This document shows, piece after piece, positions 63,021-64,000 of a stretch of DNA of 64,000 nt; the stretch's first letter is position 1; each line of letters starts with the position of its first letter. The stretch spans positions 1 to 64,000 of the forward strand of contig JAMDHS010000013.1 of the NCBI GenBank assembly GCA_029717555.1. The letters are read 5' to 3'. The notes under the pieces are model-generated. The model did no database searches and was not told the origin of the DNA. It saw nothing but the letters and a program-made list of their open reading frames with translations. The translations under genes and the position numbers were made by a program. This DNA is from Peribolospora baueri (Eukaryota).

Positions 63021-64000
63021 ATGCTTGCCTCGCGTGCTCTGCGCGCCACCACCCAGGCCGGCCGCGTCGCCGCCGGCCGCACCGCCGCTCGCGCCTTTGC
63101 CACGGTCGCCGAGGACGTGTCGCCCGTGACGGGCAAGCTCTCCGACCGAAAGGTGGACATGAGCAACCTCGAGAAGGGTCAGGGCAAGTACATCAACTAC
63201 CAGCGGATAGAGGATAACCTCAAGGTTGTCCGTCAGAGGTGCGCCCCGCCGTCTTCGTCTTCGCCTTGGCCCCTTTCCCCCGTCCATCCGTTCGGTTACT
63301 CGTCGTCGGCGTGGCTTCTTGGACACGGCTGACCACGCGACCCGCTCTTTTGTTCTTTTGTTCTTTTCGTTCTTCCCCCCGATCTTCCGGCCTCTTGCGC
63401 CATCGCAGGCTCAACCGACCTCTCACCCTCTCCGAGAAGATCGTCTACGGTCACCTTGACAACCCTCACGAGCAGGACATCGAGAGGGGCACGTCCTACC
63501 TCAAGCTCCGACCGGACGTGCGTTTCTCGTCTCTCTCTTCTTCGCCCCTCGTTTCCACTCTCAGGCTTGCGTATTCAACCATTCCGTGCTGATGTCTCCC
63601 TCGCCCTTTTCACCGCATCTCCATTCCACTCACAGCGCGTCGCCTGCCAGGATGCCACCGCCCAGATGGCCCTTTTGCAGTTCATGTCCGCCGGCCTGCC
63701 CGAGGTGGCCGTCCCCACCACCGTCCATTGCGACCACCTTATCGAGGCACAGGTCGGCGGTGCCAAGGACTTGGCCAGGGCGATCGAAATTAACAAGGAG
63801 GTCTACGACTTCCTCGCCACTTGCACTGCCAAGGTGAGCAGCTGAGCCCTCGAGGCTGCGCGCGATGGGGCGGCCCGACATCGACTGAGACCCCCCGCTC
63901 TGTCCATTCTCTCAGTACGGCATCGGCTTCTGGAAGCCGGGTTCGGGTATCATCCACCAGATCTTGCTTGAGAACTACGCCTTCCCCGGCGGTCTCATGA
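63021..64000 (+). CDS. ACO1: Mitochondrial aconitase, 5' part (runs off the window)
   Basis: Presequence [15 protein letters not shown]..., [68 protein letters not shown]. Confidence 0.96.

Noticed and set aside
526..63881. Hundreds of overlapping or antisense ORFs in the six-frame track (e.g. 526-1368, 24366-25226, 36400-37317)
   Set aside because: Expected shadow ORFs of high-GC coding sequence and simple repeats; no motifs or splice support.

Overview
GC-rich, intron-containing eukaryotic DNA from a basidiomycete fungus. Gene structure, microsatellite-rich intergenic DNA and protein style suggest a smut-like Ustilaginomycotina species (inference). I can support about 17 host genes: SHMT, KIN17/RTS2, LSG1, a very large TSC2, CSN5/RRI1, MRPS8, SAM50, a TPT-family transporter, a ~1,870-aa orphan, a La-motif protein, S-formylglutathione hydrolase, an unknown membrane protein, CWC22, UFE1/syntaxin-18, ISA1, PET127 and the 5' part of ACO1. 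Two accessory loci stand out. (1) At 43257 a small ORF starts with an exact histone H3 N-terminal tail, carries a second tandem copy of it, and is followed in a shifted frame by a very degenerate H3-fold-like pattern. (2) Between PET127 and ACO1 a decayed pogo/CENP-B-type transposon has had its right terminal inverted repeat split by a 2,770-bp internally deleted Helitron, and the empty site can be reconstructed to the base. Other points: an apparent dual-start (mitochondrial/cytosolic) SHMT, six AAG 3' splice sites, a CACGTG cluster between UFE1 and ISA1, and a non-canonical TSC2 GAP helix. All calls come from reading the sequence and recalling motifs; no database searches were run.
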